Shown: positions 1 through 11,165 of the stretch, in pieces
Position numbering within the stretch: position 1 is the first letter of the stretch
How the letters are laid out: every line of letters begins with the position of its first letter
From: Macrostomum lignano
Lineage: Eukaryota
Reading direction: 5' to 3'
NCBI GenBank assembly: GCA_002269645.1
Contig: NIVC01003059.1
Span: forward strand, 1 to 64,000
Length of the DNA: 64,000 nucleotides
Notes under the pieces: generated by a model
Database searches by the model: none
Told to the model about the DNA's origin: nothing
The model's input: the letters and a program-made list of their open reading frames with translations, nothing else
Position numbers and translations under genes: made by a program

Positions 1-339
1 TTTAGTACAGCTTGCAGATGGAATTGGATCATGGACACGAAATCCTTCAGTGTAGAAGCACAGTACCTCTCACCGTCTTTATTCCTAACCTCAAGAATAA
101 AAAACTTCAATAAATAATTCAGGTCCGACCTTGACATCTCCGGAGACAGCATTTTTGGCCCTAGACACTTGGTATTAATGGGAAATATTATATGTATCCT
201 CAGTTGAATACATAAAGTACAAAGCTAAAAGCAAAGATGGCCATAGACACTAGCATTAAGGTACTGTACCGCTAAATAAAAGACGCGCTCGTAAAAGAAG
301 AGAGACAGCGCGAGTGCTTGGCTTAGCTAGCTAGTTAAA

Positions 340-563
340 ATGGCTACCGAAAGATTGTCAATCTGACTGACGAAGAAGTCAGTTCACTCATCGAAGGAAC
401 GGTTCCAACAAACACGCTAAAAAAATGTCGCTGGATGTTTGCTACTTTCCAAGAGTGGCATGCGGCGAAGAAATTACTCTGGTGTTCCGACGGTGGACCC
501 GCGCTCATGGTACTGAAAGACGCAGATGAGTTCTCGAAGTCCGATTTGAACTTTCTAATGCAA
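340..563 (+). pseudogene. Truncated, frameshifted N-terminus of a Crypton/DUF3504-type tyrosine-recombinase-like protein
   Basis: ATG at 340. Restoring one base near 356 gives MATER(F)VNLTDEEVSSLIEGTVPTNTLKKCRWMFATFQEW...DEFSKSDLNFLMQ. This resembles the RF..L..EE....P.NT.K...W....F..W...LN..L pattern of Crypton/KCTD1/ZMYM-type proteins (recognised by eye). It is cut by the array junction at 560/561. Confidence 0.5.
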
Positions 564-642
564 CAAAATAATTTGCCCTAGGGCTCGAGGCTCAAACGGA
601 GAGCTGTGCACTCAGTGAGAGCCGGTTCCAGCTCGTCTCTTT

Positions 643-755
643 GCCGTATCGACGGTCTCTTACTGCGAAGACTCTTAATTTTGCATGGTAAGACACCGCG
701 TGGATCCAATTGAGCGATCTACTCAATTTTGACAAGCCGCGCTACCGCGGCTGCC
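643..755 (+). ncRNA. SL RNA gene (variant, Sm site with 4 T)
   Basis: GCCGTATCGACGG...TTGCATG|GTAAGA, then AATTTTGA and the 3' hairpin. Confidence 0.85.
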
Positions 756-1056
756 TAACAAAGCTAAAGACAACATCAATTAATTATAGTTGGTTGATTG
801 TAATTCTGGATTTAGCGTGTCCTACTAATTATTTTAAACTAAATATTCTATTTACCCGCAAGTTGTAAATTAGTTGTTGCACCATTATAGCATAGCATGA
901 TATAGCGCGCATATGCATCGCGGTGTACAGAGGCTATACTAGGCTATACTAGATCTCTTCGAGTTGCAATAATCAAATGTAATTTCTTAGATCGCTCTAT
1001 GCGTGCGGATGTGCATATGTACATGTACAACTTTGTTGATGGCGCCAACAATGAAT

Positions 1057-1339
1057 TATACTCAGCAACATTGAAAAGTCGCCATCACAGAAGATTCCGT
1101 CTGTGGTCGCCACTTTTGAGAGAGTGCAGGTAAAGTCTCTCTCAATATTTGCGAGCGACGCAACTCAGCTACGCCACGGCAGACTTGAGTTGAGGAATGG
1201 AGTGGGGGAGCGGTGTGCGAGGTTTGGACGGATCAAAGCTACCCCGATCAGTTTTTCTGGCATCTTTTATTTCAGAATAGTCCAAGACAAATTGATCACT
1301 GGCGCATAGAGTGGCGACTTTTCAATGTTGCTGAGTATA
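1057..1339. mobile_element. MITE-like element present in every array unit (first copy shown)
   Basis: Perfect 28-bp inverted repeat TATACTCAGCAACATTGAAAAGTCGCCA (1057-1084) / TGGCGACTTTTCAATGTTGCTGAGTATA (1312-1339). TA at both outer ends, as for Tc1/mariner-type MITEs. Confidence 0.65.
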
Positions 1340-1568
1340 CAGAGTCAAGCTGGACTGTACGCGTTACTGTTTGCGTTGAGCTAGTTAGGTTGACTTTGAC
1401 TTGACTGCAAATCACCACTATAGTTCACTATATACTACGAGTACGAGCGCGGTAAATCCGTCCGCATTACTAATTATATATTACAATAATTAGAGTATAG
1501 ACGAGAGGCGGCCCACACAATTGATCCGTACCGTATGGTCCGTATATACATGTAGCTGCAGGTTCAGG

Positions 1569-1576
1569 TTAATTAT
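1569..1576 (+). promoter_or_regulatory. TATA-like element upstream of 5S (present in each unit)
   Basis: TTAATTAT at about -31 to -24 from the 5S start, the position typical of 5S upstream elements. Confidence 0.35.
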
Positions 1577-1599
1577 GAGCTCAGCTCCTATCAGCCAGT

Positions 1600-1718
1600 G
1601 GCAACGGCCATACCACGTTGAAAACACCGGTTCTCGTCTGATCACCGAAGTTAAGCAACGTTGGGTTTGGTTAGTACTTGGATGGGTGACCGCCTGGGAA
1701 TACCAAATGCTGTTGTCT
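1600..1718 (+). rRNA. 5S rRNA
   Basis: GGCAACGGCCATACCACGTTGAAAACACCGGTTCTCGTCTGATCACCGAAGTTAAGC...AGTACTTGGATGGGTGACCGCCTGGGAATACC...CTGTTGTC. The 5' and 3' ends pair, boxes A and C are present, and a T6 run follows. Confidence 0.99.
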
Positions 1719-1723
1719 TTTTT
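1718..1723 (+). terminator. Pol III terminator T6 (present after each intact 5S copy)
   Basis: TTTTTT immediately after the 5S 3' end. Confidence 0.85.
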
Positions 1724-2297
1724 GCCTCTTTAACTGCATGCCGCGCGCTCATCATCACTAACTCCAGCTGCTGCATGCATTAATACTTAGGCCCAGGCCC
1801 ACTAATCCGCCCGCGCCCGCCAACTGGATTGGATGCTGCTTGAATTTTTACCATACGGGCATACGGCATAGGTGTCTGCTGATTCCTTCCTTTCGAGTTC
1901 CACTCCACTCTATCAAGTCAAGGGATTCGATTCGCGTTTCATATTTTGTATGCGCACTTTGCATTTGCACGCGGTAACGCTAATGCACTTATGCACTGTG
2001 TATTAATAGTTTTACGAGTATCTCCATTTCTCACATGGGAATTTTACTTGATTTATAGCCATCAATCAATCAACTAGGAGGCGCGTTTGTGTGCACACTT
2101 TCTAAACATGTCGGCTAAAAGAAAGAAAGAAACTTTTTCGCGCAGCTCTTTTCAAGCTCTAGTGCAAAATAATGCTGCACTAGTCGGCAAAACTTACTTG
2201 GAGTAGATAAAGTTCAACAAAATAATTTGCCCCTAGGGCTCGAGGCTCAAACGGAGAGCTGTGCACTCAGTGAGAGCCGGTTCCAGCTCGTCTCTTT

Positions 2298-2411
2298 GCC
2301 GTATCGACGGTCTCTTACTGCGAAGACTCTTAATTTTGCATGGTAAGACACCGCGTGGATCCAATTGAGCGATCTACTCAATTTTTGACAAGCCGCGCTA
2401 CCGCGGCTGCC
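2298..2411 (+). ncRNA. Spliced-leader (SL) RNA gene, flatworm type
   Basis: Leader GCCGTATCGACGGTCTCTTACTGCGAAGACTCTTAATTTTGCATG (2298-2342) ends in ATG. Donor GTAAGA at 2343 pairs with the leader's CTTAC. Sm site AATTTTTGA at 2380-2388. 3' hairpin AGCCGCG-CTAC-CGCGGCT. Closely resembles the Macrostomum lignano SL as I recall it. Confidence 0.9.
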
Positions 2412-3188
2412 TAACAAAGCTAAAGACAACATCAATTAATTATAGTTGGTTGATTGTAATTCTGGATTTAGCGTGTCCTACTAATTATTTTAAACTAAAT
2501 ATTCTATTTACCCGCAAGTTGTAAATTAGTTGTTGCACCATTATAGCATAGCATGATATAGCGCGCATATGCATCGCGGTGTACAGAGGCTATACTAGGC
2601 TATACTAGATCTCTTCGAGTTGCAATAATCAAATGTAATTTCTTAGATCGCTCTATGCGTGCGGATGTGCATATGTACATGTACAACTTTGTTGATGGCG
2701 CCAACAATGAATTATACTCAGCAACATTGAAAAGTCGCCATCACAGAAGATTCCGTCTGTGGTTGCCACTTTTGAGAGAGTGCAGGTAAAGTCTCTCTCA
2801 ATATTTGCGAGCGACGCAACTCAGCTACGCCACGGCAGACTTGAGTTGAGGAATGGAGTGGGGGAGCGGTGTGCGAGGTTTGGACGGATCAAAGCTACCC
2901 CGATCAGTTTTTCTGGCATCTTTTATTTCAGAATAGTCCAAGACAAATTGATCACTGGCGCATAGAGTGGCGACTTTTCAATGTTGCTGAGTATACAGAG
3001 TCAAGCTGGACTGTACGCGTTACTGTTTGCGTTGAGCTAGTTAGGTTGACTTTGACTTGACTGCAAATCACCACTATAGTTCACTATATACTACGAGTAC
3101 GAGCGCGGTAAATCCGTCCGCATTACTAATTATATATTACAATAATTAGAGTATAGACGAGAGGCGGCCCACACAATTGATCCGTACC

Positions 3189-6100
3189 GGGTCGTTCGCA
3201 AATTCTAGGAGGAGCAAAAATTTTAACAATTTTCCGAACATTTACTATTGTTACTGCCATATTGAAAATAATAGGACACTTTTATCTGTCAATAAAGATA
3301 ATTTTTGGGTTGAAATTTATCATACAAAAGTGTTTTTAATCATCTGGCGGTATTAAGCGATAATTAGCGATGAAAAAATTCAAATTCAATCATTTCACCG
3401 ATGTTAATTTTTGATACTACAAGATGTCTGTAGCTAAAAAAAGTTGTTGTTGTGTTGAAACCTAGCTATATTACATTTAAAATGAAAGCTTATATAAATT
3501 TAATTTAAGAATTTTTTAAAGCTCAATAAACTGCACTACAAATAATTTTATAGACGCTTAACTGTACGCCTAGCATTTCCGGTGGATAGCCTCTTTGCGT
3601 CTCACAAAATGTATTTTTCGGCTGACGTCTAGAATGCGTGCTTAAAATGATACATTTTGATGCAGATAATTAGAAAAACATGTCTTATTATCTTTTTGTA
3701 AAAAATTGTTATGAAATAGAGCACTATTGTTGATAAAAATAATTAAAAGCAACCATGCATCGCAATAAACTCCTACTTTGAAGCACAAAATAAATATCCT
3801 GTAACCACACTAGCATTCTCCATGGAGCACCTTTTGAGCTGAAATTTTATAAAGATATTCAGTAAAGTAAACTGAGCAAATGATTTTTTTTGTTTTTGAA
3901 AATACTTCAATTTGGCTATGTATCAGTTAGTTCATTGGACATATTTATTATATTTTTATTAAAATCCTTGTAACCAAGCTACAGAGAAACATGTGCAAAA
4001 CTGGACCTTGAAATTTGACCTGAATGATCAGCAAATGTGTATCTCGAAATGATTTTTTTTGTTTTCATCAAGTCATTCTATGCTAATTTTTTCTGAAGGG
4101 AAAGATACCATATATTTAAAGTCAATAGGGGAAGCATTTAAACTTATTCAATAGTCATTAAAATTGCAACTATATTATTATAATATAGTAATACTATTAT
4201 ACATGTATTATATAGTAATATTAACTTCTAAGATGCCCTTATAAATTTAAGTAAAGACAACAGGCCTTAATTAATTAATCAGCATTTTGAAGAAACTGAC
4301 CTTATACAGATGGGCCCCAAGCTAAGAAATGAATGTAGAGCTTATTTCGTGTAAGGTATAAAAATCAATTTATTATAATAATAAATACTCCTAATAAATT
4401 GGTTAAATTAGTTATTTACCTTGAATTAATTTAATTTAATAATTAAATATATAAATTTGTTTCACTTCTTACTGCATTTAAATAGAGTACCTCTCTACTA
4501 TACTATAGAAGTATAGTAAAAGTATGGTAAAAAAGTATAGTAAAAAATTTTCTTTGGTTTAATCCCAGCTTGCCTCAGTTTTTTAGTCTTAATACGAGCT
4601 AGATAGTAAGTGTTGATTAATTTGCTTCATCACCTTTTGCCACGGAAACAGCACATGTCGGACATGCAACACTCTTCCTGATCCCTGGATCCAAGATGAC
4701 TGCTTCTGCTTCTTCAATGCTTGAAAACTGAGCTCATGGAGCTTCAGGTTATGCTGTCAGAGTGCTGCTGCCGGTGCTGTGTGTGTATGTGTGTGTCTTC
4801 TGTGGGTAGGTTCCCTGTCCCTCAGTTTAGCCACTGTTGTGGGCTAACTGGAGGAATTGCCGTTGTCGGTGCTGCAGGTGGCACTGCATGGTAGTATTGA
4901 CGCTGTCAGTGACGCTGGCAAAGGCTTGGACGAAGCTAGGTGCCGTCATTGTCAGAAGGACATGCGTGTGCTGCTTAGACCAGTGCGCACATTCGACTGG
5001 ACTCGTATCTGGTGCAGTCTGGTGTATTCACTGAGATTGTGTGGATCTGCCTCCTCGCATCACCTCAACCAGGCTCAATTTCTTTTGTAGAATTTTCGTG
5101 CGCTGCTTAACTGCATCTTGTGCCTGCTGAGTGATGCCAAGAATTGTGCCACACAATAATTTGGCCCATAAACTACTCGTATATTATACATATGTATGCA
5201 CAGCACACACACACGCAGTTCATTCATATTAAATGTACTAGTTAATGGAATTCTCATCTCATGAGCTCTAGTCTATAGACAAACCTGAAATTACTAGAAT
5301 ATCTAGATAGAACTAAACTTCTTTGAGCAGCGCGCTGCGCTGCGAGCAAAATACATGTAGATTCCTTATAGCGCAACTAATTACTGAAGTAAAAGTGTAG
5401 TACAGTCTACAGCCTGAAGTAGCCTGTGTAAGATGCGGAGGGATGATTTTTGCATAGGAAGCCACTAAGGTAAGGTTGATGGAACTATGGGGAGGTGAGA
5501 GATTCAAAGCGAGGGACGGAAGCCATGCATAGGTCGATCATAAGTTTGATTATTGCAAGAGTCTGGGGATGCATTAACGAGAGGCGGACGAGAGCATAGA
5601 AATAAAGCGGCTAAATATATTATTACACAAAATTACATGTACTAGCTAGTAATTTCAGAATGGTCAGCGACTCCTCCGATTTGTATCCGCGACCGCGTGC
5701 CCACAAATCCCCCGGCAGACCCTGTCGCAGTTGGTGGTTGTGCACAGAATACAATGTTAATTTTCGAGCTTCTCTGCAAAAAATGTGTGATGCACTCAAG
5801 ATGCGTGCTAAAGTCTACTTCTTTGATTGATGGCTGGGTTTTGCCTTTTCGCTTGTGATCATCAAAAGCTTGGGCGTCATTGCTACTGGTGTTTCAGTGT
5901 GCGCATTATGTCTGGTTATCATATTATGTGCATGTGCAGTGTCTTTTACCTACATTTTTGTTTGTCTCTGTTTCCTGCATGCTCTTTCGCATTTTTACAC
6001 CTCGCACATCCTCATTTTTCTCAATTAACAAGTGAAATCTTTTCTTAAAGACTAATTGCTATTTTAGTTAAGCTAGTAGGTTTTTGGTAATTAAATAATT

Positions 6101-6989
6101 CAATTTTGTCTATTTTCCAAAAAGTTTCAAAAAATGAATTAATTAAAATAAATTTGAATTATTTTAAGTTAATTGGAGTAAAATGTCTAATAAGTAACTA
6201 TAATTTTTTATTTTAAGTACATGTAGCTTTGGTATAAGTATTAATGTAATAAGTACTTAAAGTAAAATCAAGCAAGTTATAGTTTTCAGAAATTATGCTA
6301 CAAATAATCAAATATATACTAGAATCCGAATTCCTTTATTAAGGAACATGCAGTTGATATTAAATCCACAATGTGCTTGCTGGTGTTCAAGGATAGTTCC
6401 CTGACTTTTTCTATTATTAGTTAGATTTTATTATATTTAATGTAAAAATGAACAATTCTATTCACCGTAAAAATGAACATTCTTTATTTGTCGAATCATC
6501 TTGACTTTGAAAAGATACATAGTGAAAACTTGATTTTTAATTCAACCTTTCAAGACTTATTTAGACTTCTTAATTCAGTGATTAGTTAAACTGATCGAAG
6601 TCCTTTCGAGTGCATGCTATAATAATTTCGCACTTCGCACACGATAATTTTAAATGTCTGGGATTTAGAGCAGAGTAACAAAATGCTGTGCTCAAAAACA
6701 TTTCCTTTGTCAATTTCTTGTTCTTTTATTTTGCAAAAGAAATTTAACTGCATATTTAAAATAAAAATAGAAGAAAATATTATTTTCTCTTTAATATTTT
6801 TGTCGTTTATTTTCCGCAACAAAGAATAACAAATAGCCTTGATTTCTTCTCAATTTCAAGTTTTCTTGTGGTTTTAGTAGCAGCTTCTTACAGAAATTGT
6901 CGAAATAATTTTTTTTGTACGATTATTGGTCGATGTATAAACTTTTTTTGCAATAACAAAAAGTTGTGACCTAGCTTTGAGAACGACCC
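3189..6989. mobile_element. Non-autonomous DNA transposon (3801 bp) with ~20-bp imperfect TIRs and 3-bp TSD ACC; PIF/Harbinger-like termini, superfamily uncertain
   Basis: Left end GGGTCGTTCGCAAATTCTAGG; right end reverse-complements to GGGTCGTTCTCAAAGCTAGG. ACC is duplicated at 3186-3188 and 6990-6992 relative to the empty site GATCCGT-ACC-GTATGG. AT-rich, no long ORF. Confidence 0.85.
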
Positions 6990-7059
6990 ACCGTATGGTC
7001 CGTATATACATGTAGCTGCAGGTTCAGGTTAATTATGAGCTCAGCTCCTATCAGCCAGT

Positions 7060-7178
7060 GGCAACGGCCATACCACGTTGAAAACACCGGTTCTCGTCTG
7101 ATCACCGAAGTTAAGCAACGTTGGGTTTGGCTAGTACTTGGATGGGTGACCGCCTGGGAATACCAAATGCTGTTGTCT
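7060..7178 (+). rRNA. 5S rRNA (T>C variant at 7131)
   Basis: Array copy, GGCTAGTAC instead of GGTTAGTAC. Confidence 0.95.
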
Positions 7179-7755
7179 TTTTTGCCTCTTTAACTGCATG
7201 CCGCGCGCTCATCAACTAACTCCAGCTGCTGCATGCATTAATACTTAGGCCCAGGCCCACTAATCCGCCCGCGCCCGCCAACTGGATTGGATGCTGCTTG
7301 AATTTTTACCATACGGGCATACGGCATAGGTGTCTGCTGATTCCTTCCTTTCGAGTTCCACTCCACTCTATCAAGTCAAGGGATTCGATTCGCGTTTCAT
7401 ATTTTGTATGCGCACTTTGCATTTGCACGCGGTAACGCTAATGCACTTATGCACTGTGTATTAATAGTTTTACGAGTATCTCCATTTCTCACATGGGAAT
7501 TTTACTTGATTTATAGCCATCAATCAATCAACTAGGAGGCGCGTTTGTGTGCACACTTTCTAAACATGTCGGCTAGAAGAAAGAAAGAAACTTTTTCGCG
7601 CAGCTCTTTTCAAGCTCTAGTGCAAAATAATGCTGCACTAGTCGGCAAAACTTACTTGGAGTAGATAAAGTTCAACAAAATAATTTGCCCCTAGGGCTCG
7701 AGGCTCAAACGGAGAGCTGTGCACTCAGTGAGAGCCGGTTCCAGCTCGTCTCTTT

Positions 7756-7867
7756 GCCGTATCGACGGTCTCTTACTGCGAAGACTCTTAATTTTGCATG
7801 GTAAGACACCGCGTGGATCCAATTGAGCGATCTACTCAATTTTTGACAAGCCGCGCTACCGGCTGCC
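7756..7867 (+). ncRNA. SL RNA gene (2-bp deletion in 3' hairpin)
   Basis: Array copy, CTACCGGCTGCC. Confidence 0.8.
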
Positions 7868-8711
7868 TAACAAAGCTAAAGACAACATCAATTAATTATA
7901 GTTGGTTGATTGTAATTCTGGATTTAGCGTGTCCTACTAATTATTTTAAACTAAATATTCTATTTACCCGCAAGTTGTAAATTAGTTGTTGCACCATTAT
8001 AGCATAGCATGATATAGCGCGCATATGCATCGCGGTGTACAGAGGCTATACTAGGCTATACTAGATCTCTTCGAGTTGCAATAATCAAATGTAATTTCTT
8101 AGATCGCTCTATGCGTGCGGATGTGCATATGTACATGTACAACTTTGTTGATGGCGCCAACAATGAATTATACTCAGCAACATTGAAAAGTCGCCATCAC
8201 AGAAGATTCCGTCTGTGGTCGCCACTTTTGAGAGAGTGCAGGTAAAGTCTCTCTCAATATTTGCGAGCGACGCAACTCAGCTACGCCACGGCAGACTTGA
8301 GTTGAGGAATGGAGTGGGGGAGCGGTGTGCGAGGTTTGGACGGATCAAAGCTACCCCGATCAGTTTTTCTGGCATCTTTTATTTCAGAATAGTCCAAGAC
8401 AAATTGATCACTGGCGCATAGAGTGGCGACTTTTCAATGTTGCTGAGTATACAGAGTCAAGCTGGACTGTACGCGTTACTGTTTGCGTTGAGCTAGTTAG
8501 GTTGACTTTGACTTGACTGCAAATCACCACTATAGTTCACTATATACTACGAGTACGAGCGCGGTAAATCCGTCCGCATTACTAATTATATATTACAATA
8601 ATTAGAGTATAGACGAGAGGCGGCCCACACAATTGATCCGTACCGTATGGTCCGTATATACATGTAGCTGCAGGTTCAGGTTAATTATGAGCTCAGCTCC
8701 TATCAGCCAGT

Positions 8712-8830
8712 GGCAACGGCCATACCACGTTGAAAACACCGGTTCTCGTCTGATCACCGAAGTTAAGCAACGTTGGGTTTGGTTAGTACTTGGATGGGTG
8801 ACCGCCTGGGAATACCAAATGCTGTTGTCT
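8712..8830 (+). rRNA. 5S rRNA
   Basis: Array copy. Confidence 0.98.
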
Positions 8831-9406
8831 TTTTTGCCTCTTTAACTGCATGCCGCGCGCTCATCAACTAACTCCAGCTGCTGCATGCATTAATACTTAG
8901 GCCCAGGCCCACTAATCCGCCCGCGCCCGCCAACTGGATTGGATGCTGCTTGAATTTTTACCATACGGGCATACGGCATAGGTGTCTGCTGATTCCTTCC
9001 TTTCGAGTTCCACTCCACTCTATCAAGTCAAGGGATTCGATTCGCGTTTCATATTTTGTATGCGCACTTTGCATTTGCACGCGGTAACGCTAATGCACTT
9101 ATGCACTGTGTATTAATAGTTTTACGAGTATCTCCATTTCTCACATGGGAATTTTACTTGATTTATAGCCATCAATCAATCAACTAGGAGGCGCGTTTGT
9201 GTGCACACTTTCTAAACATGTCGGCTAAAAGAAAGAAAGAAACTTTTTCGCGCAGCTCTTTTCAAGCTCTAGTGCAAAATAATGCTGCACTAGTCGGCAA
9301 AACTTACTTGGAGTAGATAAAGTTCAACAAAATATTTGCCCCTAGGGCTCGAGGCTCAAACGGAGAGCTGTGCACTCAGTGAGAGCCGGTTCCAGCTCGT
9401 CTCTTT

Positions 9407-9519
9407 GCCGTATCGACGGTCTCTTACTGCGAAGACTCTTAATTTTGCATGGTAAGACACCGCGTGGATCCAATTGAGCGATCTACTCAATTTTGACAAG
9501 CCGCGCTACCGCGGCTGCC
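9407..9519 (+). ncRNA. SL RNA gene (Sm site with 4 T)
   Basis: Array copy. Confidence 0.85.
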
Positions 9520-10360
9520 TAACAAAGCTAAAGACAACATCAATTAATTATAGTTGGTTGATTGTAATTCTGGATTTAGCGTGTCCTACTAATTATTTTA
9601 AACTAAATATTCTATTTACCCGCAAGTTGTAAATTAGTTGTTGCACCATTATAGCATAGCATGATATAGCGCGCATATGCATCGCGGTGTACAGAGGCTA
9701 TACTAGGCTATACTAGATCTCTTCGAGTTGCAATAATCAAATGTAATTTCTTAGATCGCTCTATGCGTGCGGATGTGCATATGTACATGTACAACTTTGT
9801 TGATGGCGCCAACAATGAATTATACTCAGCAACATTGAAAAGTCGCCATCACAGAAGATTCCGTCTGTGGTCGCCACTTTTGAGAGAGTGCAGGTAAAGT
9901 CTCTCTCAATATTTGCGAGCGACGCAACTCAGCTACGCCACGGCAGACTTGAGTTGAGGAATGGAGTGGGGGAGCGGTTGCGAGGTTTGGACGGATCAAA
10001 GCTACCCCGATCAGTTTTTCTGGCATCTTTTATTTAATTCAGAATAGTCCAAGACAAATTGATCACTGGCGCATAGAGTGGCGACTTTTCAATGTTGCTG
10101 AGTATACAGAGTCAAGCTGGACTGTACGCGTTACTGTTTGCGTTGAGCTAGTTAGGTTGACTTTGACTTGACTGCAAATCACCACTATAGTTCACTATAT
10201 ACTACGAGCGCGGTAAATCCGTCCGCATTACTAATTATATATTACAATAATTAGAGTATAGACGAGAGGCGGCCCACACAATTGATCCGTACCGTATGGT
10301 CCGTATATACATGTAGCTGCAGGTTCAGGTTAATTATGAGCTCAGCTCCTATCAGCCAGT

Positions 10361-10479
10361 GGCAACGGCCATACCACGTTGAAAACACCGGTTCTCGTCT
10401 GATCACCGAAGTTAAGCAACGTTGGGTTTGGTTAGTACTTGGATGGGTGACCGCCTGGGAATACCAAATGCTGTTGTCT
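10361..10479 (+). rRNA. 5S rRNA
   Basis: Array copy. Confidence 0.98.
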
Positions 10480-11053
10480 TTTTTGCCTCTTTAACTGCAT
10501 GCCGCGCGCTCATCAACTAACTCCAGCTGCTGCATGCATTAATACTTAGGCCCAGGCCCACTAATCCGCCCGCCCGCCAACTGGATTGGATGCTGCTTGA
10601 ATTTTTACCATACGGGCATACGGCATAGGTGTCTGCTGATTCCTTCCTTTCGAGTTCCACTCCACTCTATCAAGTCAAGGGATTCGATTCGCGTTTCATA
10701 TTTTGTATGCGCACTTTGCATTTGCACGCGGTAACGCTAATGCACTTATGCACTGTGTATTAATAGTTTTACGAGTATCTCCATTTCTCACATGGGAATT
10801 TTACTTGATTTATAGCCATCAATCAATCAACTAGGAGGCGCGTTTGTGTGCACACTTTCTAAACATGTCGGCTAAAAGAAAGAAAGAAACTTTTTCGCGC
10901 AGCTCTTTTCAAGCTCTAGTGCAAAATAATGCTGCACTAGTCGGCAAAACTTACTTGGAGTAGATAAAGTTCAACAAAATAATTTGCCCTAGGGCTCGAG
11001 GCTCAAACGGAGAGCTGTGCACTCAGTGAGAGCCGGTTCCAGCTCGTCTCTTT

Positions 11054-11165
11054 GCCGTATCGACGGTCTCTTACTGCGAAGACTCTTAATTTTGCATGGT
11101 AAGACACCGCGTGGATCCAATTGAGCGATCTACTCAATTTTTGACAAGCCGCGCTAGCGGCTGCC
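11054..11165 (+). ncRNA. SL RNA gene (2-bp deletion in 3' hairpin)
   Basis: Array copy, GCGCTAGCGGCT. Confidence 0.8.

Noticed and set aside
1113-1160. GAGAGAGTGCAG|GTAAAG...AATATTTG as an alternative SL RNA
   Set aside because: It lies inside the MITE-like inverted repeat and lacks a proper Sm site and 3' hairpin. The 2298-2411 locus fits far better.
2290-2411. U4 snRNA (CAATTTTTGACA plus hairpin resembles the U4 3' end)
   Set aside because: No U4 5' region complementary to U6. The AUG|GUAAG leader explains the locus as SL RNA.
3189-6989. Dada or R2-like sequence-specific element targeting 5S
   Set aside because: The insertion is outside the RNA gene, has TIRs and a 3-bp TSD, and has no RT or transposase ORF.
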